Made by a program: the position numbers and the translations under genes
Assembly: GCA_038087875.1 (NCBI GenBank)
Contig: CM075981.1
Span: 67,084,001 to 67,148,000 of the forward strand
Direction: 5' to 3'
From: Malacoraja senta
Lineage: Eukaryota
Length of the DNA stretch: 64,000 nt
Notes under the pieces: generated by a model
Seen by the model: only the letters and a program-made list of their open reading frames with translations
Database searches by the model: none
What the model was told of the DNA's origin: nothing
Shown: positions 13,401-28,400 of the stretch, piece after piece
Numbering within the stretch: position 1 is the stretch's first letter
Layout of the letters: every line of letters starts with the position of its first letter

Positions 13401-16400
13401 ACCTCCTTTGGACCTTCCCCATTACCACCACATCCATCCTCAGATATGGGGTCCAAAACTGCCTACAGTACTCCCAATACAGTCTGACCAATGCCTTGTA
13501 AAGCCTCAGCATTACATCTCTGCTTTAATATTCTAGTCCTCTCAAAATGAATGCTAATGTTGAATTTGCCTTCCTTACCACCAATTCGACTTGAATATTA
13601 ACCTTTATGGAATCCTGCACCAGCACTCCTATTACTGAATCTTCTCGCCATTTAAAATATAGTCTGCGCCTTTACCCTGCTACCAAAATGCATGGCCGCA
13701 CACTTTCATAAGATCATGTGATAGGAGTAGAATTCGGCCATTCGGCCCATCAAGTCTACTTCGCCATTCAATCATGGCTGATCTTTCTCTCCCTCCTAAC
13801 CCAATTTGCTACGTTGTTCTGTCTTCTAGACCCAAGGCTCTTTGATGCAAGTATCAAAGAGTGTTTTTTTTAATTGTTTCATTTCTCGCAAACCTTGCCC
13901 CTCAAAGACTTGACTCATGTTTGTGTGAGGTTAGACAGAGGTTGACTGCATAAGACCTGCACTACTACAGTGTTTTTCATTACTCTCATCAATTATGTAC
14001 TTATGGGGATTAGTCACTGCTGTAATGTAGGAAATACGACATTAATTCACCCTTCCTAAATTTCCACAAACATCAATATTGCTTGGGTACCTGTGAAAAC
14101 TGTTATTTGAAATAATGCCATGGGATTCATCACGTTTATGTAAGAAAATGGACGAGGCTGTGTTTAAGTTCTCATCTCCAGCTGTACAGCACTTCATCAG
14201 TACTGAACAGGGAGTCTTGGCCTAGATTTTATTTTAAACTAAAACTCTCTCACCAAAGTGAAAATGCTACCCTTTGGCTCATGACTGACTGAGCTGAATG
14301 TCCTGAATTCAAAAGACTAAACAATTCTTTATTGAGTGTTAAATTAACATTTTCACACTAGGTTCAACACGCAAAAGATTTTTGTCAAAGATCATGTTGG
14401 TCATTTGGCTTAACTAATTAATCATCTTCCCGCTCATGTTGCAAATTGATCTCTCTACATTCATTTCTAACTACATTACTGTATTACATCTAGATGTTCT
14501 AGATTTTCTGAATATCTTTTCTCAGTGATTCCTGGAGGATCTGCCAGATTTTGGTTAAGGATTAACATAGAATATTCATATCTAAGTATCTAATGATACT
14601 TAATTTTTGAGAGTTCAATGTAATGTTGGTTAGCCTGGATCATCCTGTATGCGATATTGTGAAAGGCGTCAGCAAGGATCTGAAATTTAATCCCCCAAAG
14701 GATTGATGGATATTGTTTCAGTTGCATGAAATGTTGGTCTTTAACTCTCTTCTGATCCTTTACTACTAGTCTATTGTTCTGCAAATGCAAGCAGATCATC
14801 TCTAGCTTATCCAAACGGTCAAGCCCTTATGCATTTACATGTGGTGCTGTATGGCCATCCTACCCTAAGGAGGAAGACTGGATCCTGCACAGTTGATATT
14901 CCACTGCGTACAGTTCTGTAGCATGTTAGTGGTTAAATGGCCTGGAGTTGGTTTTGCTCTATCTCTTATTCCCCATCATTTTCTCACTTACACTTGGAAG
15001 TGTTCACACGCAGAGGGACCGACCTACACAAAAGTGTATGTACAAGCAGGCAGTCACACACAGCGGCATGCACACACAGATGGGCGTGTACAGAGACACC
15101 TGCAGGGATAGACAGGCATGCGCAAATAGACACGAGCACACACAGACACGCACATGCAGAGATACAGACACATTTAAGGGCCTGTCCCACTTACGCGACT
15201 TTTTCGGCGACTGCCGGCACCTGTCACAGGTCGTTGCAGGTCGGCGAAAATTTTCAACGGTGAAAATTCAGCGGCGACCAGAAAGATGCTACGACTCTTT
15301 GGGTGACTGAGGAGACGACTCACGACCATACAGGCGACGCCCTGGCGACATGTCGTGGGGTGAAGACTGTATGGTCGTGAGTAGTCACTCAAAGAGTCGT
15401 ACCTTGTTCTGGTTGCTGCTGGATTTTCAACATGTTGAAAATTTTCGGTGACCTGTAACGACTTATGACGGGTACCGGCAGTCGCCGAAAAAGTCGCATA
15501 AGTGGGATAGACCCTTTAGGAATACACATTTGCCAATTACACGAGAGAGGTGGAGAGCACGTTGGGTTGAGGATATTTGGACTTTGCTACAGAATATAGA
15601 TTGAGAGTGGGCGAAAACTTGGCAAATGGAGTTTAATGTAGAAAGGTGTGAGATCAGTCACTTTGGTAAGTGGACTGTAAAGATAGGTTATTAACTAAAT
15701 TGAGCAATCTTGTAGATGAGTGGTACAAAGGTCTTCTCAGGCATGAATCACACACATTAGCAGGCAGGCACAGCAAGTGATTGTGAGTTGGCCTTTAGTG
15801 TAACAGGGTTGGAATTTAGAAATTGGGAATATTATTACCATAGTATAGGGTACTGGTTGGTTAAACCAGGAGAAATGTGCACAGTATTTGTCCCCTTATT
15901 TAAGAAAAGATATATTGGCATTGGAAGCAGTCCAAAAGGGATTCATTAGGCTATTTTTTGGGATGAGAGGGTTGTCTTGTCATACGTGACAGAAGTCCAA
16001 TGTCTTCAGTGGGTTAGAGGTGAATCAAACAGTCCTCTAGCTTATGGAAGGACTGTTCAGAAGCCTGATAACGGATGGGAAAATGCTTTTCCTGAGTCTG
16101 GTTGTGCACATTTTCAAGCTTCTGTATCTTCTGACAGACTGGAGCAGAGAGAAGAAGTCTTTGATTATGTTCTGATGTTCACATACATACTCACCCATCA
16201 TTTGCACACATGCACCCACTTTCCCCCACATACTTACAATTCATCCAAACAACGACCTACTTCCCTCAATCCATGTTAAGCATAAGAGCTTTGCCATTTG
16301 TAGCATCCCATTGCTCTCCCAGCTGGGATCAATTAATGCACAACAGCTTGGGAATGCATTAGAAACTGTCTCAGCCCTTGTGGTCAGAACTCTTTTTAGG

Positions 16401-19400
16401 TGGCTTTTTAAACCCAATTAACCACCAGTGAATTCATTAGAAGATATTTTAAATAAGAAAATAATGGATTCTGAAGCTGTTCTGCAAAATTTAGATAATA
16501 CCTTACTCGAGGAGCCAAGTTAGCACGGTTTGAACAAATGTGATCCTTCAGGTCACGGTTTCAAAACGTATGCCCGGGATGTTGATTTTTTAACATTTAT
16601 TTGGTTTTGCTTGTATCTTTTTGAGTTCCTCAGAGCAGCTGCTGGACCACTGATCTATCACGACATACACTGAATAATTTAAAATGACAACACTTATTAT
16701 ATCAATGTTGTAAATAATTGGGGTCGCATATAAAGTACATCACACAAATTCTCAATTCAGACCAAATGGTGTTTATATGAGCCTCTTCCCAAACTACTTT
16801 ATTTAATCCTGTTTGGGATAATGGCTCGATGATGTCCGTTTAAAGCCCAGCCTAAGTGAAGGTGTTATCTTATTCGATGAGCAAGTGTCTACCACGTAGC
16901 TTGGACATCTCATAACTTTCTCTTGTTACTTTCTATACTATGATGCCAGACTTTTTACACAGCTTGGAATATATTATGTTTTCACAGTAAGAGCTAACTT
17001 CAGGCTCCTGGCAGAGCAGCTGAGCTATCGGCAAGACCAGGAGTTGATCGACTCAGCAGTACAAGCAATAATGTCGGCTCTGAAAGCTGGGGAGGCAAGC
17101 AATGTGGAGCCAGAATTGATGGAAAGAGGTATGAAGCCTCAATAAAACACTGCAACCACATCCTACTTAGTTCTGAATTAGTTACTGGGTCGATGGAAGA
17201 AAAAATATTTTTAAAACTATTGATGGAAACATGTTGCCTACTGTAGAACTATTAATGATACTGTGAAGATAGACACAAAAAGCTGTAGTAACAGCGGGTC
17301 AGACAGCATCTCTGGAGAAAAGGAATAGGTGACGTTTTGAGTCGAGACCCTTCTTCAGACTGAAGAAGGATCTCGACCTAAAATGTAACATTCCTATTCT
17401 CCAGAGATGCTGTCTGACCCACTGAGTTACGCCAGCTGTTTGTGTCTATCTTTTGTTTAAACCAACATCTGTAGTTCCTTCCTACATATTCATGATATTC
17501 TGTTGCTGAGAAAGATCATATATTTGATGCTGTGATTTTAATAGCCACAGCATGTCCTACAGTGAGGTTTTCCACTATAGTCATCAGCATTGAATATGCA
17601 GCAACCAAGTACTGCATATCATTCTACAGGAAGGATATAATAGCACTAGAGAGATCGCAGAGGAAGTTTATGAAAATATTACCAAAGTTAGAGAATTATA
17701 GTCAGGGAGAGGTGGCACAGCTGGAGCTTTTTCAGGCATAAAGGAGGCAATGTGGAGATTTAATCGAGATGCATCATCCTGTGCAGCCTAGTCATGATGA
17801 CCAAGAAGGACCTATTTTAATTATCAGGGTAGATAATAATTGAAATTATGGTGGAAGGAATAGTGGGGGAAGGCAGTTGAGGAGGTTTTTCACCCATAAA
17901 ATGCTTGTTGGTGGTTAGCTAGAAAGCCATACAGCACGAAAGCAAGCTCTTCGGCCCAACTGATCCAAGTCCTGAAACGCTAGTCCCACTTGCCTGCATT
18001 TAACAAATAATCTTGAACTCGGTGCTTGATGTGGAAACCTGCGCATTTAAAAATCAGGTGAATGACTAATGTGTTGTAATTTATAGAAGTATCGATGAGG
18101 AGCTGGGAAATTGAATTAGCTAAAATAGCATTTTTTGTTTTCCTGACATGGACATAATGGCCTCTGGTGCGATAGATTTTTTATGATTATGTAAGTACCA
18201 AACAGCAAGATCCCACAGATAGCAATGATTGGATACCTATTGTTGTGTTGTTTGAGACTTGAGTATTGGGAACTGCCTTCATTTTCTTTAACAGTGGTGG
18301 AACCTATAGGCCTTTTATAGTGGTTTATGAGCTACTTTGGAGTTGATCATACTGGTGCACAACTGAACCAAGTGGGGACAGCAAGATAACCTTCCTCAAA
18401 GGACATTAGGAACCAATAGGTGTTGTGGTAAATTCTGTTGATTAGAGTATTTTTATTTCCAAATGTAATTTAATTTCAATTCTTAGACTGCTCTTCTGAG
18501 ATTTGAACTTTCTTTCCCCGCAGTCTTAAGGCTGCCAGTCCAATAGCACAAAATATAATTGAATTATTCCTGATCATTAAGGCATATAGGTACCAAAATA
18601 TTAAATACTGACCATGGATTAAAAGACATTTGGACAGATATGTGGATAGGAAGGCTATGGGACAAATGAAAGCAAATGGGACTAGCCCAATATGCCAACT
18701 TGTTCAGCCTGAACAAGGTGGGTTGAAGGCCCTGTTTTTGTGTTGTACAGCTCAATGATTCTATTAAGACAAGATTTTTTTTTTTTAATTAAAAAAAGAC
18801 AAGATTAACCTAGGTTGCTGCCATTCAAGTTCTTGACGCATCAATCTAAAAACAATGCAAACCTCCATGTCAACCTGAATTACACGATATGCAAAATTAT
18901 TTTTAAAAAACGGATAAGAATAAGCATTCAGGCCTCCTCTACCATTCAGCAAGAGCAATGCTGATCTGTTCTCATCAAGATGATTGCCATTATATTCTTT
19001 CAGTCCTACAGTAGTATTAAAGGGTTTAATTGAGATGCTGTATCCCTACCTGAAGGAATTGCTGAGTTTGACACCTTTACCAGCCTGAAAGTGGTGTACA
19101 GCATACATCCATGGATCCATAACCACGCATCCGCATCTTTTGCAGCGTCAATTCCACTTTCCTACCCAATCACTATCTTTTTGATTCTCTGGGGCAGAGA
19201 ATTTCGAAGACTTGCATCCCTCAAAGAGAAGAAATGTTTATTCATGTCAGTCATAGGTGGTCAAACCTTTTTCTTGAGATCATGCCTTCAGGTTTACAAT
19301 CCCCTACCAGAGCCCGATTGTGAGATAAAGATTTAAATGTTCAATATTTAACTGTGTGGGGTCAGGTTTGTGCATGTGTGAGGTAATCCAAAACTGCAAA

Positions 19401-22400
19401 AATCAGGATGAATGAAAATGAAATTTATCAATAAAATCAAAGAATGTTGTATGGAATACTAAGTACTTGGAATAATTATGCCTTCTATTACGGGTTAGTA
19501 GTGCAAAGGGCATTTTCTTTGTTTTTGTGGACATCTGTTCTGTTCAAGATCATCACTAAAATTCTCTCAATCTCACAGTATTGAAGGGGTTAATTGAGAT
19601 GCGGTCTCCCTACCTGGAGGAACTGTTGACACTTGTGCTCACTACCAGCCCAGAAGTGGCCACGCAGCAGACAGCCGTGGATCCAGTAGCTCTAATAACC
19701 ACACTTCTTCATCAGGAAGGAGAAGACTCGATGGTAAAGATGGAGGTCGATGGCGACAGGTATTTCTGGGGTATCATTGGGGGATTTTTGGTGAAAGGTG
19801 TTTGTGAGGAGGTTGTGACCAAATAACCTGTGCAGTAGATTAATCTGAGGGTGTATAATCAGCAATCATTGGGACTGAGCGATGACAGTAGACACCATAA
19901 GGAATGGAAGTATGGAGCATATTGCTGTCCAAAATGTCAAGTAAACTGGCAGCTAGGTAATGACTGTCACAAGTAGCATACCTACCCTGATCAGGTAATG
20001 GTTTGCATTTGAGGTTCTGATATCCGCAACTCCAATTCAGTGACTCCAGTAGTCTTAATAAACTGTCAATGATGTGTGACCCTCACGTCAGTAGAGCTTC
20101 TTGGGCTATTCGCACTATGATTAAAAAATCATCTCAGATTCATGAAATGAAAGTACGCCTCTCCTGTCCTTTACAACGTTACGGAATCCTTTGACCTGAG
20201 GAAGATCAGATGAGAAGCTTAGACACTAAATACTGGAGTAACTCAACTGTTTAGGCAGCATCACTGGAGAAAAGGAATAGGTGGCGTTTTGGGTCGAGAT
20301 CTCTGATGAAGGGTCTCGTTTCAAAATGTAACCTATTCCTTTTCTCCAGAGATGCTGCCTGAACCACTGTTACTAGCATTTTTTTGTCTATCGTCGGTGT
20401 AAACCAGAATCTGCAGTTCCTTGTTACACAGATGAGAAGCTTGTTGAATATCTAATTTTGAGTAGAAGGCCCCCAGTCTTGAGATTCAGGAGCAGTAGTA
20501 TTTAACACTGGAAGTGCACATATGAAGCGTGGAAACTCATGAGAACATACAACCATCTAACCATCACCTGCAGTTCTTTCCTAAAAAATAAGAATGATGA
20601 TGTCCCATGGCAATTATGAACTTCCTTGTATTCCTGGATTTACAAAACAGCTCAAGAATGTTGATAAAATAACTAAGCATTTTAAATACCCAACATAATT
20701 AAATGAAATAATATAACATCATTTTATTAACAATCAAACCTTAAGTTAAAATAACAGCAGCATACATGTGTTTCTTTTCAATATTGTGACCAAATAAAAT
20801 ATACAAGATCCTGACGGGTCTTGATAGGTTTGCACATCCTCCTGTAGAAAAATCTAGAACTTGGGGGTCATTGCCAGGGGCTCACCAATTTAAGACTAAA
20901 TTGAGGTGAAATATTTTTACTCATAGGGCCATCAATCTTTGAATATTCTTCCTCAGTAGCTGAACTAGAATCTATGAGGCAGATTCTTGATAAATAAGAG
21001 GGTGAAAGATTAAATGCTGGATCAAGCTTGAGGTGTCCCACTGCTAATTCATGATGGCTTTGCGGGGTAGGGTGATGTAAGGAGGAGGCAGAGTTGCCAT
21101 TGGTGTTTGAATGATAGTGATACTTGTAAATTTGAGCTGCTTGAGTTTTGCGACGTTGACAGCGGAAGTTCTTTCTGTGACTGTACCTGGATGTTGAACG
21201 TTTGACGGCTCTGGGCCTGTAATCGCTGGAGTTTAGAAGAATGAGGGGGGACCTCATTGAAAGGTACAGAATAGTGAAAGGCTTGGATAGAGTGGATGTG
21301 GAGACAGCGTTTCCATTAATGGGAGAGTCTAGGACTAGAGGTCATAACCTCAGAATTAAAGGATGTTCTTTTAGGAAGGAGATGAGGAGGAATTTCTTTA
21401 GTCTGAGGGTGGTGAATCCGTCTATGCCACAGAAAGCTGTGGAGGCCGTAAATGGCTATTTTTAAGGCAGAGATAGATAGCTTCTTGATTAGTATGGGTG
21501 TCATGGGTTATGGGGAGAAGGCAGGAGAACAGGGTTCAGAGGGAAAGATAGATCAGCCATGACTGAATGGAGGAGATGATGGGCCGAATGGCCTAATTCT
21601 GCTCCTATCACTTATGAACTTCACTTATGAGCATCATAAGTGACAACATCCCAGATACTCTATTACTGATACTGGGAGAAATATAGCAAAATAGGTGAAG
21701 GAGTAGGACAATAAATCCTTCCAGCCTCAGCTCAATACAATCATGGCTGATCCTTTATTGCCAACACTATCTCTCTGCTTTCCCCTTATCCGTTCATGCA
21801 ATCCTGAGGCCAGAAACCAGGCCTCCAGACCAAAGACAGGGAACTCCATGGGTTCACCACTCTCTGGGTGAATATTTCTCAGTTCAATCCTTAAGTGACG
21901 TATTTTACAATACTGAGATTTGGTTTGAGATACCGCTGCTAAAGGAAACATTATTTCTGCATCTACCTGTGCCAAAAGGATGGGAGCAGAAAAGATTTAA
22001 AAAATGTGACTCAATCCCAAAGAATGCTGTCCAATGAGCATTAAGCAACTACTAAACAAGAGTAGAAGAGCAGCTCCCTCTACGTCTGACAGTCTGTTAT
22101 CATTTTATTTCATAAACAACATATCATACTTTCCAGTTATCAGAACTCTGTGAAACCTTGAAATCTGGTGATCCTCAGCAGCCTCTTTTTTAGATACTTA
22201 GAGATGTATTCCTATTTATTACATTGCATTAGTTTCAGCATTTGCTTTATTTTGAAAAAAATATCTGAAGACAAATACAGACAACAGAGATATAGACAGT
22301 GGAGCATTATATTAAAGAAGGGAATGGTAGACATTGAAGATGGTTATTAAAAATCACTGCAGGTTCTTGATCAGCTGGGCAAGTGGGCTGAGGGATGGTT

Positions 22401-25400
22401 CCCTGTAAGTGGAGTCACAGGAAATAGAGTGGGCAAGAAGGCTTACATTGGCCTTCATCAGTCAGAGCATTGAGTATAGAAGTTGCGATGTTACGTTACA
22501 GTTGCGCAGCACATTGGTGATGCCACATTTGGAGTATTATGTACAGTTTTGGTCACTCTGTTATAGAAAGGATGCCATTAAGCTGGAAAGAGCGAAGAGA
22601 AGATTTACGAGGATGTTGCCAGGATTCAAGAGGCTGAGCTATAGGGAGAAGTTGGGCAGGCTCGGACTTTATTCCTTGGAATGCAGGAAGCTGAGGGATT
22701 GTACACACGTTATAGAGGTGTATAAAATCATGAGAGGATAGATAGGGTGAATGCCTATTCAGAGTCTTTTACCCAGAGTAGGGGAGTCAAGGACCAGAGT
22801 ACATAGGTTTAAGGTGAGAGGGGAAAGATTTTATAGATACTGGAGGGGCAACTTTTACAATCAGAGGGTTATGAGTATTTGGAACAAGCTGCCAGAGGAG
22901 CTAACTGAGGCAAGTAGTTTTAAATATATTTGGACAGGTACATGGATAAGAAAGGTTTAGATAGATGGGGCATCTTGGTCAGCATGGACAAAGCATAATG
23001 AGTCGCTTTGGCCAATGGAAACTTGATCTTTTTGTGTTCTCTGTTGCTCATGCTGTAACAAATCCTTTGTTTGTATCCTGGTGTACTTCATCAACCCAGC
23101 CTAAATTGGACATTATTTTCGCAGAGATTTTTAAGATTTGTAAAACCCATTGTAGCAATGCGCCGCATTCAACCAGTAATTTATTCCATGCACAATTCAT
23201 TATTGCATGGGTTACATCATCTCATATTTTCTATTGGTAGCAACCAAAGGGGAGGATATAGAGCAGAAAATTTGCAAAGATGTTAGAGAAAAATATGCTA
23301 TACATTTCAAAAGGTGAGAAACCAAAGAGAAATAGGTATTTTTGTACACAGTGTTGTTGCATGGTTGAAGAAAACATTTTACTGGATATTATAGATATAG
23401 GCAAAGGTTATAAAAGTGAGGGGTTTGACTCGCTGTGAAACTCTGATTTGACCTAATTAGATTATTCAGTGCAATTCTAGTCTATATATTGTAAAAAGAT
23501 GTGACTGCCCAAGAGAGAGAGTGCAGAAAAGATTGATAAGTATGATACCAGGTACGGAAGATTCAGCTAAGTGGATAAATTGAAGAAGTTGAGATTATTT
23601 TCCTTAGAGCAGAGAAAGTTGAGAAGTAGTCAAAATCAAAAAAGATTTAGACAAAATGAATAAGGAAGATTGTTTTTCTATTGCTGCAAGGGTTGAGAAT
23701 TAGCAGACTTAAATTTAAGGTGATTGATAAAAAGAGCCAACAGGTGACAGGAATAAAAACTTTTATGCAGTCACTGATCTGGAATTCACTGCCTGAAGGA
23801 TGGTGAAAGCAGACTTGATTATTTCTTACAAAGGGAAATTGCATTGATATTTGAAGGAGGGGAAAAAAGGCAAGAGGCGGATTGGGATTGGGACTGACTC
23901 GATTGCTGTTACTGAGGACTGTTGCAGGCTTTCCTGGTTGACGGGCCTCTTTCCATGCTGTAATGATTCTAGATTTAGCAGTCTCTTAGTTCCTTTACAT
24001 ATTATCACCATCTCTGTTTTTCTCCTGGTTGCTGAAGTGTGGAGCAGCAGAAGCCTGTTTCAGCATCTGGGCTCCTTATTGACTGGTCTGAGCTGCTGGA
24101 TCCTGAAGTAATTTCCCAATGTCCTGACCAACAACAGAGGCTCCTGTTTGCTGACCCAAAGGTAAGGATTATTTAAACACCTCAAAACTTTGTGATTACT
24201 GCAAGTCCAGAGTTTGAAGTGGGGGAAGTAGCTTTTAACTTTGTTAGCCAGTTAAGGATTGAATGTCAATTGGGATTTTTGCATTTTGGCTACAAGAGCA
24301 TGTGGTCAACACATTTGTTTGGAGATTTTCCTGTTGCTTCAAACTACTGAGTATGCCACATAGTTAAATTGAGTCAGATTCCACAGTAAAATTAGATAGA
24401 TATGACCTGCTCTAAAAACATCAACTGAATAAACTTGTTCACTTTGAAGTAGTTCTGAGAGATGTGATAAACCGCTGTGTTTATTTCTATACTTGGGGGA
24501 ATGTGGGCAGCATTTATTGCCATTGAGAAGTGCTGATGAGCTGCTGTGTTGAACCCCAAATACATATGGTAAACGGGCTCCCTGGTGTACAACATTAATT
24601 GATAATGCTGATTGGCATACTTACTAGTTCACAGTGCACTTAAGAGTCAACAATCTTGCCGTAGGTCTGAGAGTCACATAGGCCATTCTGCATAAGGACT
24701 GTGTCTTTCCTTTACTGAAGATATAGCTGAACCAGATGGTTCTTTGCAACAGTCCACTGGCATCATGCCCTCTTCACTAATTCAATACCGATTAATTAAT
24801 AAATTTATGTTTCCTATCTGCCTTTGTGGCATTTGAACTTGTCTCTATGGATGTTAGCCCAATTTGTAAATTGCTGGTCCAGTAACATGCTGATTGTTGT
24901 TGCCAAAGCCCTGTCTTTTCTCTGTAAGAGCCAAAATAGAAAGACCAGCGTTTATTTCAGAAGTAAGTGCAGTTTTGATTTAATAGGCATACATAAAAAA
25001 ATAGTGCCTCTAATGAGGAAATTTGTGTATAAAGGACGAAAGCCTAAAATTAGTGGATGACCATTTAATGGGGTAATCAAAAAACACTTGTTTGCTGTCA
25101 GGGAGAAATACTGTGGAATTCTGTCTCCCTGGAGCCTGGGGATGCTGGGGACAGCCAAAAAATTTAAGGCTGAATCATTTCTAAGATAAGAGTATTAAAA
25201 GATTCACAGTGACCATGATGCAATTAAATGGTGAAACAGCTTTGGGAGGATAAATGGTCTTTTCTGTTTATTTTTGTATTTCAAAATATCAATGTCAATT
25301 TGTGTATCTTTATCCAGACACATTTATTTTTGAAAAAGCTAATAGAATAGGGATCAATGTGTAAATCAGTAAGTTTAAAATTCTGATCTTGTTCGGTAGT

Positions 25401-28400
25401 GGTTTGGTTGGATTGTCTTTGGTTCTTGTATTAATCAGACGGTTCTTATATCCAGATTGCAGGTCAGCAAAGAATGCAGCTGCTTTCATTCCGACCCTGT
25501 CTTCTGGCGGTTCTCACTCACCAGTCAAACTGGACAACACTGCATCGGTGCATCGGCATACTGTTGAGTAACCAAGGGGGGCTCAGGTGAGTTGCAAACC
25601 AACAACATAGGCTACAAATATAAGGCAACTTGCTCACGAACATTTCAAGCAGTTACAAAGGAAGTCTTGTCTAGGGAAGAACTGCAGATGCTTGTTTATA
25701 CCGAAGATAGACACATAATGCTGGCGTAACTCAGCGGATCAGGCAGCATCTCTGGAGAAAAGGAATAGGTGACATTTTGGGTCGGAACCCATCTTTAGAC
25801 TGAAAGATAGAGGCCAGAACAAAACAGAACTGGCAACTGAAGACCTCGGGAAGGGTGGAATCTATAATGACCCATTGTTGGCTGGGGAAGATGTGCTAAC
25901 ATCAGGGATACAAGGATGCAAACAGTGGAACTATTAGGAAGACTTGGGTTGGGGACATACATCTCTGCACTGTAGTTTCTCATGGCAGTGCTCTGGACCA
26001 AACTACCTTCTGCTGCTACGCTAATGACCTTTCTATCCTAAGGTCAGGAATGTTAAAGAGGTTGTTGACCTGTTTACACTATGTCCAGTCCAATTTGCAT
26101 GTAGCAAGCACAATTTATGATGCAAAAGTGACATGCAATAACCAACAAGTGGAAATCCTCTTATCTCTTCCAGAACAGGGTCTTCCACTCTCTTTGGGTC
26201 TGGTATTCATGATCTATTTCCTTTATTTTATTTGTAGGCTTGACCCTCCTGCAGCCCTGGATTTTCTTTGGGCCTGTACACACATTCCTCGGATCTGGCA
26301 AGGACGTGACCAAAGAACTCCGCAGGTAGGATTGCAAATCAGGTGGCATAGTGGAACGACCAGTTGTTGAGTCATTGAGAGAATGAAAATGTAAGACGCA
26401 TTGGTTCTCTGAAGCATAAATTTACTTGAATATCTGGATAGGTGGACATTATCTGAAGCCTAAGATTTTAGAAATAGCCACCAGGCACTTTGAGTCTGTT
26501 CCACATTCTCCAAATACATGGCTGACCTTCTGCCCTGGTGCTGTTTTCTGTCATGAGCCCCACCATAGCACCATCTGATCTCGGTTTTGGATGAATTCAG
26601 TGACTGAACCTCCACCATTTTCTGGGCTAGAGAATTCCAAAGATTCACCAAATGCTGAGTGAAAAGCGTTCACCTCCTTGTGATAGAATGCAGGCCACAC
26701 ACAGAATGCAGGCCCAAATGTGGTCCCCCTCCTTTGAAGGAATATAACATTGGAGACAGTCTAAACGAAATTCACCGGGATAATTCCTAGGATTAGAGGG
26801 TTGTTCCATCAAGAGAGGCAAAACTGGTTGGGTCTGGATTCTTTGGAGTTAAGAGGAATGAGGGATGACCTTATTCAAGTGTGTAACGATCAAAAGGGGC
26901 ATGACAGCAGAGATGCTGAGATGTTTGCACTATTGGGAGAGCCTTGAAAGTGGGAACATAGACACGGTAAGGGGCCAGTCATTTAATACTGAGGTATATA
27001 GAAATTTCTATTTTCAAAGGTTGGTGAATCTCAGACAGACAGAAATGGAAGCTAGATGATTCAAAGTGTTTAACATGGAGGTCAATATTTTATTGATTGA
27101 GGGTCGTGGGGATCAAGCACAGAAGCGGAGTTGAGGTCTGGTGTAGATCAGCTGTCACAACAAGAAGTCGGGAGGTACTGTATACTCCTGCCCTGGTTTT
27201 CTTGTGTTCATGTTCCTGATTTGCATTTCCTTGCTTTTGTACAACTTGATCTTGACTCAGCCCTCAGTGAAATCAAATCTGCAACTCCCTCTTTCCTTGC
27301 AAAGTTGCAGGGGTATTTGAAATCCAGCAGAAATAGTGCAACATCTGCAACAGTTGCCTGCGGGAGCAGAGAATGAACATGACAGTGATGTAGAGTGTAA
27401 AGATTAGTCATTCAGCCTCTCTATGCTGCCTGGTGGTATCACAGCTGTTCTTTATCCAAACACCTTCCAACTATATAGGGCATCCTTAAGAACACATCCA
27501 CCAAAAATCTAGTCAGACATCATCTAGTGTGCCGCACGTTTTATTTCAGTTAAGATACAAATTATTTAACTAAATGATAGAACATGATTCTTGTAGTGAG
27601 TTGGTAATTCCTGCCCTCTGGTCGGTGACTGTGCATGAATCCAACTGATCAATGCTGCTGAATAAAGACTTTATGTGTTAATATTCCTGTGCCTTAACCC
27701 ATCAGAACTCAAAATAACAATGCAGGTTATCGAAAATTGCAAATAATTAGCTGGAGTAGTAGAACTGAAAAGAGAAGGTAAAATTTGAAAGTCTAATAGT
27801 GCACATGTTGGAAGTCTGAAATTAAAAGAGAAAGTGCTGGAAACACTCAGTAGCTCAGGCGGCATCTTGAAAAGAGAAATTGAGTTAATGTTTCGGGTTG
27901 CAGACTCCTTTGGGTTTTGCCTGGAGTGTTTCCAGCAATTTCTGTTCTTACCTCCGTATCGAAACCTGCAGCCATTGAAGTACGATGTGTAATGTGGGAA
28001 GTGTGTGAGTCAGTTTGCACTCACCAGGCTCGCACTATCAACTCTGCCCTTGATGGTCAACTGGCAATGCATCACGGTCGGGATTGGGACGATAGCTACT
28101 GAGAGTGTCCTTTGCCTTTGTAGAAACATACTAAGGAGTATGTCCTGTGTTTGAAGAAGAGTGAGCTCATCAGCCTGGTGGACATAATTCTTTTGGAGTC
28201 TGAAGCCAAGGTCCACGTTGGGACTCTCATCAAGAAACCCTCCGAGGACGTCACTGGCACCCTCATCCGATCTCGAATTCCCTTGTTGCTCAGCTGCTGC
28301 CATGGCAATTTGGATAACATCAAGAAAGTGACAGAGTATCTGATCAGTTGCATCAAGCAAAGGGGTGAAAGGTAAACAAAACAAAAGCATTTATTCATCG

